Part shown: positions 21,301 through 31,400 of the stretch, in pieces | Numbering within the stretch: the stretch's first letter is position 1 | Layout: each line of letters starts with the position of its first letter | Source of the DNA: Phoronis australis | Taxonomy: Eukaryota; Animalia; Phoronida | Length of the DNA stretch: 64,000 bases | Reading direction: 5' to 3' | Assembly: GCA_002633005.1 (NCBI GenBank) | Contig: NMRA01000062.1 | Coordinates: forward strand, 62,001 to 126,000 | Notes under the pieces: generated by a model | Databases searched by the model: none | Seen by the model: the letters and a program-made list of their open reading frames with translations, nothing else | What the model was told of the DNA's origin: nothing | Translations under genes and position numbers: made by a program

Positions 21301-22361
21301 AGAAGTCCTTCTCATCTCCAGGGATTTTGACTAACAAAGATGTGCTACAGGTTGTTTTGTGATATCTTAATGTACTGAACTTGCACTTAAACCCTTGTAG
21401 TGCAGTATCCAGCGCCTTGCATTGTATATTCAGAAGGCTATGGCTTTAAGAGAAGAACTGCTCTCTGTAAATACTCTTAATATACATTTGAATTTATCCG
21501 TAGGCAATGCCTACGTCGTACAATAAATGATATCGATATTGATATTGTAGGTGTGGTTAGCTTCCAGTATTATACTGACAGTATTTGTTTGATATGAAGA
21601 ACATTGCTATTGGTTTTCACGGTTTAGTGTTCAAGCCGTTTTAAAACCGTTGCTGTTTTTATTATTATATGCTGCTACTTGCTATCATGGAGAATTTATA
21701 TATCTGGTAAATCTTATTGTTAACCACTGTGTCCTCCATTGACAGGCATACGACAGCACAGAGAGTAGTGTGCGTAAGGCGGCCGTCTTCTGCCTTGTGG
21801 CTCTCTATCAGGTGATTGGAGAGGAACTTAAGCTGCACTTGACAGATTTAAATGGAAGCAAGGTGAGTGGTGGTTGTGTTCAGCTGGCGGTGGTCTTGTA
21901 CGGCTGGCGGTGGTCTTGTACGGCTGGTGGCAGTCCGCAACGGCTGCCGGCGGTCCTCTGTGGCTGCCTGTGGTCCTCCCCAGCTGCCGGCAGTCTTGCA
22001 CAACTGATGGCAGTCTTGTACAGTTGATAGTGGTCTTTAGTGAAGTTTGATAATTTCTCTGCAAATAGTACACCAATCCTTTCTATGTAGGCATTTCAAG
22101 TGTTCAGTCAATATTGACCAGTTTAGTGAAATAAATGTTTAACTACCGTAATTGTCACATGGATCTGATCTTATTACTGTGTTTCTACCTATCCACTTTT
22201 TTCTGTCAGTGTATGCATTAGTCCTGCACTAATTGTTGCTCCTTTCCACATTGCAGATGAAACTGCTCAACTTGTACATCAAACGAGCCCTGGCCCAGCA
22301 GAAGGAGACCAAATCACCCGCCACCTCCGACACTCTCTCACCCACTATGTCCGACATTTGA
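3321..22361 (+). CDS. CLASP: CLASP (CLIP-associating protein, orbit/MAST family), partial spliced gene: S/R linker, TOG3, CLIP-interacting domain
   Basis: Core exons join(3321-3397,4257-4388,6028-6135,7323-7475,7758-7808,8127-8188,8621-8737,11534-11637,11794-12021,12860-12938,15308-15451,15728-~15825[N gap],15875-16124,17073-17145,18553-18625,19712-19838,19976-20104,20558-20764,21746-21862,22257-22361). All are GT-AG and phase-consistent except across the N. Recognisable CLASP motifs: VSQSQPGSRSSSP, SGIPRSQGASRDASP, SDDAASETSSICSERSYGS, WSDRKEGLL, FTRMFHDPHGKVF, DQTQTPNLKVKVA, DFVNSGDTRLAVSRIITW, ELSNHNER, WEEHFKTVLLLLLETLGD, ESSVRKAAVFCLVA, KLLNLYIKRA. TOG1/TOG2 exons are not in the window. 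Confidence 0.96.
4257..4388 (+). CDS. CLASP: CLASP exon (linker)
   Basis: ttgcag|...|gtaagt; DGLSAGRIARSSSAQDLAGKPRSASKSRPSAARVPSGVGNYSSL; phase 1-1. Confidence 0.75.
5824..5886 (+). CDS. Candidate CLASP cassette exon (63 nt)
   Basis: ttcttttctttctgacaag|...|gtaagt; open in phase 1-1: PAKITMTTMALNQSMASSKSR. Confidence 0.55.
6028..6135 (+). CDS. CLASP: CLASP exon (linker)
   Basis: ttttcag|...|gtaagt; ends DRSRPRARSGVSQSQ, resembling the CLASP VSQSQPGSRS motif. Confidence 0.88.
7323..7475 (+). CDS. CLASP: CLASP exon with SxIP EB-binding motifs
   Basis: PGSRSSSPSSRYGYITRIPAP...RRRSGIPRSQGASRDASPNRT; tag|...|gtgagt. Confidence 0.93.
7758..7808 (+). CDS. CLASP: CLASP exon
   Basis: ttgcag|GRDRRLSGSGRLHPQRM|gtatgt; phase 1-1. 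Confidence 0.78.
8127..8188 (+). CDS. CLASP: CLASP exon
   Basis: caacag|GAPQRVLGTGKEAEQFLADAL|gtgagt; resembles CLASP RVL...ADAL. Confidence 0.88.
8621..8737 (+). CDS. CLASP: CLASP exon
   Basis: KSGQMMRRRYEYDSDDAASETSSICSERSYGSAFGRTSE; cag|...|gtgagt. Confidence 0.93.
9653..9709 (+). CDS. Candidate CLASP cassette exon (57 nt)
   Basis: cctatag|LKSRHIDTKALSCPTLHDQ CAG|gtaatg; phase 0-0 matches the host intron. Confidence 0.5.
10533..10559 (+). CDS. Candidate CLASP microexon (27 nt)
   Basis: tttgtttttaccag|HERKARPSK AAG|gtacgc; phase 0-0. Confidence 0.5.
11534..11637 (+). CDS. CLASP: CLASP TOG3 exon
   Basis: EVQDILVNMSSSSWSDRKEGLLSLQNLFACNRCL; cag|...|gtaagc. Confidence 0.95.
11794..12021 (+). 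CDS. CLASP: CLASP TOG3 exon
   Basis: RTELKKVTDMFTRMFHDPHGKVFTIFLDTL...KMGVDMLGSVQGKVLRAMECV. Confidence 0.96.
12022..12495 (+). repeat. G-rich 21-nt minisatellite beginning at the splice donor
   Basis: Unit ~GTGAGAGGGGTTGGGCATGGG, about 22 degenerate copies. Confidence 0.85.
12860..12938 (+). CDS. CLASP: CLASP TOG3 exon
   Basis: ENFAKDQQFITLTKFITDQTQTPNLK|gtatgt. Confidence 0.95.
13256..13261 (+). CDS. Candidate CLASP 6-nt microexon (IK)
   Basis: ~25-nt pure pyrimidine tract, then tag|ATCAAG|gtaaat; phase 0-0. Confidence 0.5.
13790..13858 (+). CDS. Candidate CLASP cassette exon (69 nt) inside TOG3
   Basis: ctcactttag|TSSNRRSSFGQLSTLKPDTINIK AAG|gtatca; phase 0-0. Confidence 0.5.
14348..14381. 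repeat. (TAG)n microsatellite
   Basis: Direct reading. Confidence 0.9.
14383..14820. repeat. 49-nt minisatellite, ~9 copies
   Basis: CTCAGATTCTTGTTGAGAAACACTTTCTCATTACTCACTGCCTCACACA at 14432, 14481, 14530, 14579 and onward. Confidence 0.93.
15308..15451 (+). CDS. CLASP: CLASP TOG3 exon
   Basis: VKVALLNYLYELVLIMDPSDFVNSGDTRLAVSRIITWMSEPKSVDVRK|gtatgt. Confidence 0.96.
15728..15825 (+). CDS. CLASP: CLASP TOG3 exon, truncated by assembly N at 15826
   Basis: SAQSLLVALFNLNTPEFSLMLSGLPKMYQDG; the 3' end is uncertain (a GTGCGT donor at 15819 is possible). Confidence 0.9.
15875..16124 (+). CDS. CLASP: CLASP exon (post-TOG3 linker)
   Basis: QTGRDETENMNPEDIYDSIRKASADIQNLSF...YNPSQYQDE|gtgggt. Confidence 0.92.
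16520..16730 (-). mobile_element. tRNA-derived SINE
   Basis: The minus strand has A-box TGGCCTAGTGG and B-box-like GGTTTGAATCCC, then CCTGAGTCAGGTCTCTAGCTCCTC; three related copies in the window. Confidence 0.75.
17073..17145 (+). CDS. CLASP: CLASP exon
   Basis: SMNGYDRAALAEAVFDVENDLFNE|gtgagt. Confidence 0.9.
17334..17572. mobile_element. MITE (PIF/Harbinger-like ends), copy 1
   Basis: TIR GGGCCTGTTCCAAGAAACTG / CAGTTTTCTTGGAATGGCCC; clearly homologous to 28589-28830. Confidence 0.8.
17835..17870 (+). CDS. Candidate CLASP cassette exon (36 nt)
   Basis: gctcag|EPWRNLLGINCA G|gtgagc; phase 1-1. Confidence 0.5.
18553..18625 (+). CDS. CLASP: CLASP CLIP-interacting domain exon
   Basis: ELPVVVDQCDVISEILSELSNHNER|gtaaat. 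Confidence 0.93.
19712..19838 (+). CDS. CLASP: CLASP CLIP-interacting domain exon
   Basis: HEERKNAMLQLIKMTREGTLGLWEEHFKTVLLLLLETLGDCD|gtgagt. Confidence 0.95.
19976..20104 (+). CDS. CLASP: CLASP CLIP-interacting domain exon
   Basis: GHIRALALRVLREILKSQPNRFAEYTELTILKVLEAHKDSVKE|gtgaga. Confidence 0.95.
20222..20310 (+). mobile_element. CR1/L2-type LINE 3' remnant
   Basis: Translates NGALLWNSLDTGLCQSISFGIFKSRYL, resembling the G..lWNsLp......s...FK..l tail of CR1/L2 ORF2. Confidence 0.45.
20558..20764 (+). CDS. CLASP: CLASP CLIP-interacting domain exon
   Basis: VTRAAEECASTLA...FPISLAAIKM...IIPGLLK|gtagca. Confidence 0.95.
20815..21047. mobile_element. MITE inserted in a duplicated splice-donor segment
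   Basis: TIR CTGTTTTATGAAAAGTGA / TTACTTTCATAAAACAG; CTG...CAG flanks. Confidence 0.7.
21746..21862 (+). CDS. CLASP: CLASP CLIP-interacting domain exon
   Basis: AYDSTESSVRKAAVFCLVALYQVIGEELKLHLTDLNGSK|gtgagt. Confidence 0.96.
21881..22040. repeat. 20-nt minisatellite, ~8 copies
   Basis: Unit CGGCTGGCGGTGGTCTTGTA, just downstream of the donor at 21863. Confidence 0.85.
22257..22361 (+). CDS. CLASP: CLASP last coding exon
   Basis: MKLLNLYIKRALAQQKETKSPATSDTLSPTMSDI* (TGA 22359-22361). Confidence 0.95.
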   Translation: MKLLNLYIKRALAQQKETKSPATSDTLSPTMSDI

Positions 22362-23850
22362 CGGCCTCACTCATCTTGCGTCAATTTTAAATCTTACCCA
22401 GCCCTGTAGTGCTGGTATACATATTACTCCTACGCGATTGACTGTGAATATGGTTGTGTCGGTGTCGTACTTCTGCTTAGACTGCAACACACGCCTTGTT
22501 GGGCCTGCATGTCATTTTTAATATGGCCGCCAAATCAATATGGCCGCCGTGCTGTGTACGTGAAGAACTCAGTAATTGTATAGTATTTAACATTGTTTTT
22601 AACACTTGTGGAACAAAGTACGACGACAACTAACTGTTCCATGAGGCGTAACTGTTTTATAAGTTTCACCAGCAGGGTAGACTGTGTATAGTATGTGAAC
22701 AGTGAGTGTGAACTTAAGTGGTTTGCACCTGATGTAAACTCAATGTAACTTAAACTGTGCATGATAAAATCAAAAGTTATTAAAGCTCTCTGTCTCTTTA
22801 CAACTGCCTCTTGTTTTGTTTCTGAATCGTCCTTTTCACTGTTGAATGTTTGAATGTCACTGGACTGGCGACTCATTTGATGTGTTATGACAATGCTTGA
22901 CAGTGTGTACGTTGGGTTCATTTGGCTGTATCTGGCCGCTGTTATAATGGACTGGCGAAGGATTGTAGCACCGAGTTGGTGGAGACTTGACCAATCAGAG
23001 ACTGAAATGACTATGGACAGTGTGTGTACCATTAAACGAGGCATTAAGGAAGTTAAATATTTTGTTATCCCAATTCTGTGACCTAAAATCAATGGGGGTA
23101 CTTCTGAACTGAAGAATTTAGTCCTAATATTAATACGCGCCCTGTGTTGTAAATATTCACTGGTGATCCTTCCGTTTTCATCGCCTTGGTTACCAATATA
23201 ACTGTTGTAACACATGTCTCTATACCGTGGTCTTGTGATATGTTAGCTATTGAAGCTTAATTTCACTTTCTTATTGAAGCTGTATGCCAAAGGTAGTCTC
23301 GCAAATTACTATTTCCCTGCCATGATGGCTCATTCTGCTTTTTAGAAATGACTAATCTTGTTCTGTCATGACTAGTCATTCTGTTGGCTTTGCCTGTTAT
23401 TGGTAAACAAGAGGTTACAAGGTTCAGCTGTCATGGGGGACACTTTCCCTCATTTTGTCTGATTCATCATGCGTGCTGTACATGTATATTGCCTCCTGCC
23501 TACGTTAACTTAGTTGTTCTCAGCAATGCAGATGTAGAATACTCTAAGAAATAAATCATTACTGGACTCATTTCTCGCAAATCTGTCGTACCTGGTAAAG
23601 TCACGTGACCCAGCAGGTGTTCGATGAAGTCATGTACCTAAATATGTAATATAGCCAAAGTAATCCAAAATTAGTATTTATTTATAACGCTGCGTCATAT
23701 GTATCTGACAGTCTATGAGTGTTGTTTGTCAGTTATTTATTAAAACATTAAAACTTTGTTTGCTATCATGTTTTTTTTATAGTTATACAACATTCAAATG
23801 TCAGTAAAGTATATTCATCCTCGGTCTTTTATCATTGAAATAAAATTTTT
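22362..23850 (+). other. Probable CLASP 3' UTR
   Basis: Follows the stop codon. Candidate poly(A) signals: AATAAA ~23550, ATTAAA ~23739 and ~23747 followed by a T-rich tract, AATAAA ~23839. The end is not determined. Confidence 0.5.
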
Positions 23851-25361
23851 CTCTCAGTCTGTAATGAGTTGAAATTAATTGCAAACTCGACACCTTATTT
23901 TTATCATCTGTTACAAAACCCTCCATAACTGTGATTGCCTGCGGGCAATTAAATATATTCTGATTTAATATCACTTATATGTTGGTTAGCTTTCCCTGTA
24001 CCTTCACATTAAAATAACTGTTATCACAATTCAGTTGTGACTTTCAACGACCAGTGTTCCGTCTAAACTGTGCTGATGTAATCAGAGGTCATGCGTGCCT
24101 ACGTCTTGCGGTCGTCGTCTGTTTGAGTCTGTTAATACGGTAATTCTGCTCTTGGTGCAAAAATAACCTAAATGCTGATTACCTTTCACAAATAATGTGA
24201 ACTGTATCTGATTCAAAGGTTTCATGACATCTACACATCACTTTTGTGGAGAAATTAAATGAAATTTCACTTGTCGGCCATATTGGGCGCTAAATACGTG
24301 AAGGCGACCGATCGTCTGTGCCTCAAGTAAAATATTTTCCATTCAATAACTTTATAGAAAAAGACGCATTAATTTTGCACGGTTTATTGGTCTCTTTAAA
24401 ATACAAATTGGATTAACTCTGTCTTTCACAGACCTTGAGGAGCGCTTAACATGACAAAGAATAAAATTATAATCCTGTGTTCAGGAGCTAATCCTCATGA
24501 GACACCTTGCTCTATAATGTAACTAAGCTTGCAGCGTGTTTACTTGACTCAGCATGACACGGCATTAGTCAATATATATATGGATCCTGTTTTGAACACA
24601 GAGATTAGATCCCTGGCCCTCACTGTTGTTCATGAATTTATGGCAAACTTGTTTGATTTTGTGAAACCGCAACTTTATTTTAGACATATTTCTATCGGTG
24701 TCCAACACCCTGTTTAAGATTATGCAGGGCCCTAGAAAAGTGTCCAAGTTTGACTTACTTGGGAACGCCGTATCTCAGAAGTGGACGATTGGATCCATAT
24801 GACACTTTCGTATACAATGCTTTTCACACTGTTTTCAAAACTCTCTTGGGAATTATTTTTAAAATGTTCCGCCTTTGCATGCGATTTCATAAAAGATAGG
24901 ACTGGAGGATTTTCATGAGGAGTTGCAAAAAGTGAAATCATAATTTAGAAAACTTAACAGCTTTGCTGAGATTTCATCTTGAAAGATTTAATATGTTAAA
25001 CGAAATTTAGTCAGATTGTTTGTACTGTCATTTTGTTATCAATGTACATTTCTTTTGCTCAATATTTCTGAGAAGACATGTCATGTGACCCAGTTAGTGA
25101 CAGTTAAGTCAAATCAAATTCTGCAAGCTTTTTATGTTCAGATTCATAATATACACTTTTACTAAGTCGGTAGTTTTTTAGATGTTAATGTCTAAATCCT
25201 GTCTCATTGGTAAGGGTTTACATAACCCAGAGAAAAAACTAATGTTATAATATGTCTTTACAGTCCTGTAAAGTTTTGAGACTTAAAGTGTCCTGAAAAT
25301 TTAATTTCAAACTTCAGAAATCCGACCCAAGTACTGTATGAATTATGATCTATCAATTCCT

Positions 25362-25947
25362 CTAACTGACCTACCTTGGCAAAATCATTCTCTGATCTTG
25401 TAAAATGTTGGAACTGGACGCAGAGTTACGCCCATAAGAACTGAAAAGTGGTATGTGTTGTAAGCATGAAATTCATTTAACTCAGTTGTTTAATGTATTA
25501 ATTTTAATCAAATTCTTTTTCACAAGAAATGTATTGATTAAGACGTCATTCTGATGAATAAGCCAACAAAGAGATTGCCTCGTAACTTAGCTGGCTTGTC
25601 TTATTAAACACGCNCTAACTGACCTACCTTGGCAAAATCATTCTCTGATCTTGTAAAATGTTGGAACTGGACGCAGAGTTACGCCCATAAGAACTGGACG
25701 CAGAGTTACGCCCATAAGAACTGGACGCAGAGTTACGCCCATAAGAACTGGACGCAGAGTTACGCCCATAAGAACTGAAAAGTGATATGTATTGTAAGCA
25801 TGAAATTCATTTAACTCAGTTGTTTAATGTATTAATTTTAATCAAATTCTTTTTCACAAGAAATGTGTTGATTAAGACGTCATTCTGATGAATAAGCCAA
25901 CAAAGAGATTGCCTCGTAACTTAGCTGGCTTGTCTTATTAAACACGC
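25362..25947. repeat. Duplicated segment either side of N25614, with a 27-nt VNTR
   Basis: 25362-25613 is repeated at 25615-25947; GAACTGGACGCAGAGTTACGCCCATAA occurs x1 in the first copy and x4 in the second; three substitutions noted. Confidence 0.92.
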
Positions 25948-26964
25948 TCGTTTTATTTCGCTATATCATCATGTAAGGTTTCGTTTGTTGTTACTTGTTA
26001 CCTTTGCTTGTATTAAGTGGAGAATCACCAAGTCAGTGTTGCGTACGAGTGTCAATACACGTTACAATAAATCGTATTTACACTCGCAGTTTGTTCATTA
26101 ACGCGTCACACATCCACAGATTTTTCATCCATTACAAAATCAGAATTCACTGGAATGAGAATGGGAGTTCAATAACTGTCTCGCAGTGAGAAAATATGTC
26201 ACCAAAATCACATGCTCTTCTAGATATCTTGTGAGATCCTGCTTTTCTAGCAAGTCACAGCGAATACTGAACGCTCCACAGCGCTACAACAGGAATGAAA
26301 CTAAGATTGTTCTTGACAAAATTTTATTCTTTTCAAAAAATGTATAAATAATTATAATAGCACATACTTAACATAGTATAAATTAATCTTCAAAAATAAT
26401 TAATGGTTAGCATTTCCAGACTATGTCTATAGCCAAAGCTTGTCTTAACTGACAAAGTTTAACCTGTCGAGCACATTGAGACATTATGCAGATATTCAAA
26501 ATAGTACCACTATTCGTAATCACAAAAGGACTGAACCAATTGAGTGTGTCAATAGTTTAGGAGAGCTCTATTCTATCACGTGAAAAGGAAAACATAAGCA
26601 CTTATGGTGAATATCAGATTAGATTAAAATACATACTGCAAGTTTTCACGAAATGGTTGCCAAAATTGTTCATTGTTATATTTTAAAAGGATTGTCTACA
26701 TCAATACCACCACTACATTCTAGCACAGGCTTACTCCTCGCACATAATCTCTGAATTCTTTTCACATTTGACATTTTGTAATAATAGTGACTTTCCAATG
26801 TTAGCAAACACTCAATCGTTAAACAACAACAAATGAGAGCATCTTTTACACCAAATACCAAATGGCACTAAAATACTGCTTCATAATTATGTTCAAAACT
26901 AAGTACATTTCAACAGACAACAGCGACTAAACATAAAAAAGTAATAGCAGGCGAGCTGGTACAT

Positions 26965-27131
26965 GTACCAGACATGCACAGGCCGCTCATAGGGGAACAT
27001 AGCTTTTTAATATAGAAGCCGAGGAGCTAGAGAGCTGACTCATGACTCTAGCAGAGTGCCCAGTAGGACCTTGAACCAGCAACCTTAAGTAAAAGAAGCA
27101 GACACATATCCCACTAGGCCACACTGCTCCC
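26965..27131 (-). mobile_element. tRNA-derived SINE, same family
   Basis: GAGGAGCTAGAGA.CTGACTCA...CCCACTAGGCCACACTGC matches 16620-16727. Confidence 0.75.
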
Positions 27132-28304
27132 TCTAGTGACAGTGAAAGTCAATCATTGTTTCACTACATGATTACCTCCACGAAGTAATCTATGCCAGGA
27201 GGCCAATGTTTGGCCTTATGATCACGCATATATGTCACGCAGTCACCCAGTCAGCTAGCAGTGTTTAACTCAAAACGTGGAAAGATTTTAATAAAACTTA
27301 TTTCCAGGGGAGGCTCGAATAGACAACGGAAATATAGATTACAGTTTGGAAAAGATATCAAGATCTCCAGTTTTTCATAAAAAGTTTTTAAAAAGAAAAC
27401 ATGGCGTTACCATGGCAACGTTCGAAATGAAAAATTATTAACATAACACAGACTATTAAATGCTGGTGAATCCAAAACTTCATTTCTGACTCTGAATACT
27501 AACCACTGGTGAGCTTAAACATTCATGATATGTCCAAATAATGCAATAATTTAACATGAAGATGACAACTTCTTCCCAAGTTACCCTATCCCAAAATCTG
27601 TCTTAGTGACAGTGTTAACAAGCCTTTTACTCATCCTAATTCACACACTTGGTTGATCAAAGTTAAAATTCAAACCCCTCGCATACTACATCGAATTGAG
27701 GGGTACCTAACCCATATAGTAACTTAGAATTTTACAAATGGTTGTAAATCATGGTTGTTGGTCACAAACAAGCCTTTGAAACGGGAATGCAAGGCCAATG
27801 AAAGTAGTTCTTTGCGAGTCCTGCTCTTAGTTCAAGGATTTATTGTCCTGGCCAAAATGAGTATTACATTATCCCCTATGAATTCTGAATAGCCATGCCT
27901 GGAATGAGCTTATTGCACTCGTTATCACTGATTTCAGGTTCTGTGTTGTAAGTGTGACGGGACGTTCGTAACTTTACACTTATTGTTATTCTTATTTAGT
28001 TGCAAATGTTCAGTTATTCTTATGCTAATGTCTTTGTTGCGTCTCAGTGCGCCTTTGTTACGTGGGTATGTGGGCGCGACTGTATGTGTCGGGCACTTCG
28101 CTAGCGACAGGCTTAGGAGAAGGGTGTTTCCTTCCTTTGTTTTCATGAAAATTGATCGTTATCATGTGCAATTGAACTGAAACGTATGCCTGATGAGAGG
28201 AAATACATATTTTTGATGTTCAGTGGACACTTGCTCTGTTACATAAGTAATTAAAGAACGCAGTTTTCAATATGTCAAAGTCCACCCTCAACCCTCCAGT
28301 CCAA

Positions 28305-28473
28305 CTACATTGAGTATTCCTCTAGTGTAACAGGTTGATACAGAACACTGCGCTTCATGGTCACAAACCGTGTGTTTAGTTTGTCAAAGTCCACACTAGA
28401 ACCTCCCGCTTGACTGTACCCTTCCTCATGATTACTGTCAAGACTTCCGAGTAATGAGGAAATTGGAGACATT
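28305..28473 (-). CDS. Ankyrin gene last coding exon
   Basis: MSPISSLLGSLDSNHEEGYSQAGGSSVDFDKLNTRFVTMKRSVLYQPVTLEEYSM* (TAG). Confidence 0.85.
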
Positions 28474-31400
28474 CTGTTAATTAACAAAAAAAAACAGAAA
28501 TAACAAAATTAATATTGTAGCTATTACCAGCAAGCGACATTGTTAATGTTGGCATACAGCCACATGCCAGCAAAACTAAATTAAAGTCCAGGAGCCTGCT
28601 CCAAGAAACTGAGATGAGTTCATTTTTTACTTAAGTCTAAGATTTGTCTTAGCCTCCAATCTTTGAAGCTTCCACATCCAGTAAGTTAGTCAGTCTTAAG
28701 TCAAAAACTAGTTAATAAGTTCAAATTAAGATCACTTTCTTGGAGCGGACTTAAGATAAACTTAATTTTTTTGTAAAATTGACTTAAAGATTTGCCTTAC
28801 CTAAGTCAGTTTTCTTACAACGGTCCCTTGTTCAATAACAGTGCCATGATAATGAAGTAAACAAAATAATCTCAAAACTTATTCCAGGCATTACCAACAG
28901 TAAATCTGGGTATTAATTGATAGCTTAATCAAGAGCGCACCATCTCTGAAATAGAAGTAGAATTCTACTCACTGTGGAATGTAAATATCTCGTGCATTCT
29001 TCACTAAAGACACAAGGTACTTGTTGGGAGTCATCTCTTCTGGTAACTTTCCATCGAGAGTTCGCAAGTTGAGATCAACATACTGAAGTGCCTAAGGAAA
29101 AACAAACAAAGGCTGCTTAGAACAGTGAGCCACATGACCAGAATCACAAAACTGGACAACTTTTTTCTGTAGACTGGTCAAGGTTGAGATTGGTTGGCAT
29201 TACTAAGACCTGTTGGAGGTTTTCACGTAATCTGAAGTCTGTTACGGGAAGTTCTTGACTTAATATGGGCAAACCTTCCAACAGAGCAATCAGAACATGA
29301 AGTCTTACTGAATGATGGTAGTACACCCATAAATTGCTACTAACACTGTTTAACAATGATTGGCCTCAAGTTGCCATTTCATAAACCCAGTAAGGGTTAC
29401 CAAACACTTAACGCCATAGTGGAATGAATGTTCATAGGTGGCACCATTACACAGGATTGAAATAAAGATTGTTACCTATCGGCGGCCTGGTTATATGTTA
29501 GAACCTAACCTTCGGGCATAACTTGGGCTCTTCGGCAGTGCCCCAACAAAGAGCCCTACATGGGCCCGAAAGCAAGGTTCTCAAATATAACCAGGTCACC
29601 GATAGCTTATGACGTTTATTTCAAAACTTAACACCATCTTTTGCAACCATTCTGGGAGTATTGCAAAGCCCTTACAGTCAATTTTTCCACAGTTTTCTTG
29701 CGCCGCAGTTTTACTGCCTGGTGCAGAGCTGTTAGGCCGTGTATGTTCTGTACATTGACACACGTGTAGTCCGCCTCCAGTAACAATGTTACTATGTCAA
29801 CCAGGTCACCAGCCTCCACCGCGCGATGCAGCGCAGTGGCACCATCTATAGGATTGATGGAACAAACGTGGCTGATCTTGTTACCTGAAATATGAGAAAT
29901 GATAACATCTTGTTGAATACGACAACAGCCCAATCAATAAAATTCATGTGTCCAATTATTCAAGGTATAGACAATCTTCCTCTCTCACAGCTCGCATGGG
30001 CGCACTCATGAACAGCATGCTTTTCCTGTAGACACAATTCTTTTCTTATGAATCGCAGCTTTTTGCTCATCACCTTATATCAGTTCTTATGAAGTCAGTC
30101 ACTTTAGCACTAACCGCCATCTCTTTTCATGGCTGATAGATGGCGTGGGTATCACATGCTTATGGTACAATGTTATCAAGTGTACACTGGGAACTGTGCA
30201 GTTAACTAGAATATTCGTGAGAACAGAATTACGGCATGTGAGAAAAGAATTGCAGCTCATTAGAAAAGAAGTACATTTAATGAAAAAGAGCATCGTTAAT
30301 GAAGATGCTACGGGTTTCGTTTTGTTAAATTACAAACACCAGACCGTGTCTTATCAAGAAATTGTCTAAAAAGCTGAAACACAATAAAAAGTTGATGTAA
30401 ACACATATCGTTCATTGATATCAACGTTGGATGTGTCCGACGGATTAGTCAACAAGAGATCCGGAACAACACCTTACGGTTACACCCACCGCTTTCATGC
30501 TTACCCTGCACAAAATGGTTGATACCAGCTCTTGCCATCTGATTAATGACCGAGTCTGTTCTGCATGTACTGTCTTCCCATGATGCCTCCTGCTGGGCTC
30601 TAGCAGGCGGAGTCTGTCTGTTCGTACCATCTGACTCAAGGTTCAATCTTCGTCTCGCAGAGCTGAAAGACCAGTAACATTGCTATACAACTAACTACAG
30701 GGCACCTTATCAATACTAATAATAATGATAATAATAATAACACATCTTCCATTTAGATACAATTATCAAGAAATATTTGCAACAGACATTTTTATTATCG
30801 AACATTTTTGTTGAACCAGTAGGCAGCTTACATTGTGTTGAACACAAAGATTCAATACAGAGATGTGAAAACAACGGAATTCAATGATTTTAGTGGTTAG
30901 GCTTGACACAGAAGCGGTGATTCATTTCTACCAAGATTTTCACTTTGGTTGACTTAAAATACAAGGTCAGTTTCACTTCATTGGCAGTTTGACAACTATA
31001 GGAGCAGTACGGCGACGCCTCCATTAACAAGTGATTGATAAACTTGAAATATTTCAACAGTCATTTAAAGGACTAAAATTGAGAAAATAATATTTTGCCA
31101 GGTTTTCCATACATTTGTCTCGGGCCAGAAATGCAGATTGATCCCAAAATACCCCACACAGGAATTTTTACTGTCCTCGTTTCATAACGGATTTTTGTTG
31201 TAGAGGGCTCTTTCGGAAATGGCTCTAGATTCTATTTTTCTGGTCGCCTGGTATGGATTTTGAATGTGTGCTGGCACTCCCTACTCATTATGGGGAAGAC
31301 AAACCCAGGGGTCAGAGCACTTAACATAAATACTAGCTTCAAATCTCATTACATTTTTGTTCAGGAAGTAGAATGTATACTGGGTAAATGTAAATAAAAC

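Noticed and set aside
22535-23215. 226-aa minus-strand ORF
   Set aside because: Antisense to the CLASP 3' UTR, with no recognisable domain or splice context; most likely chance
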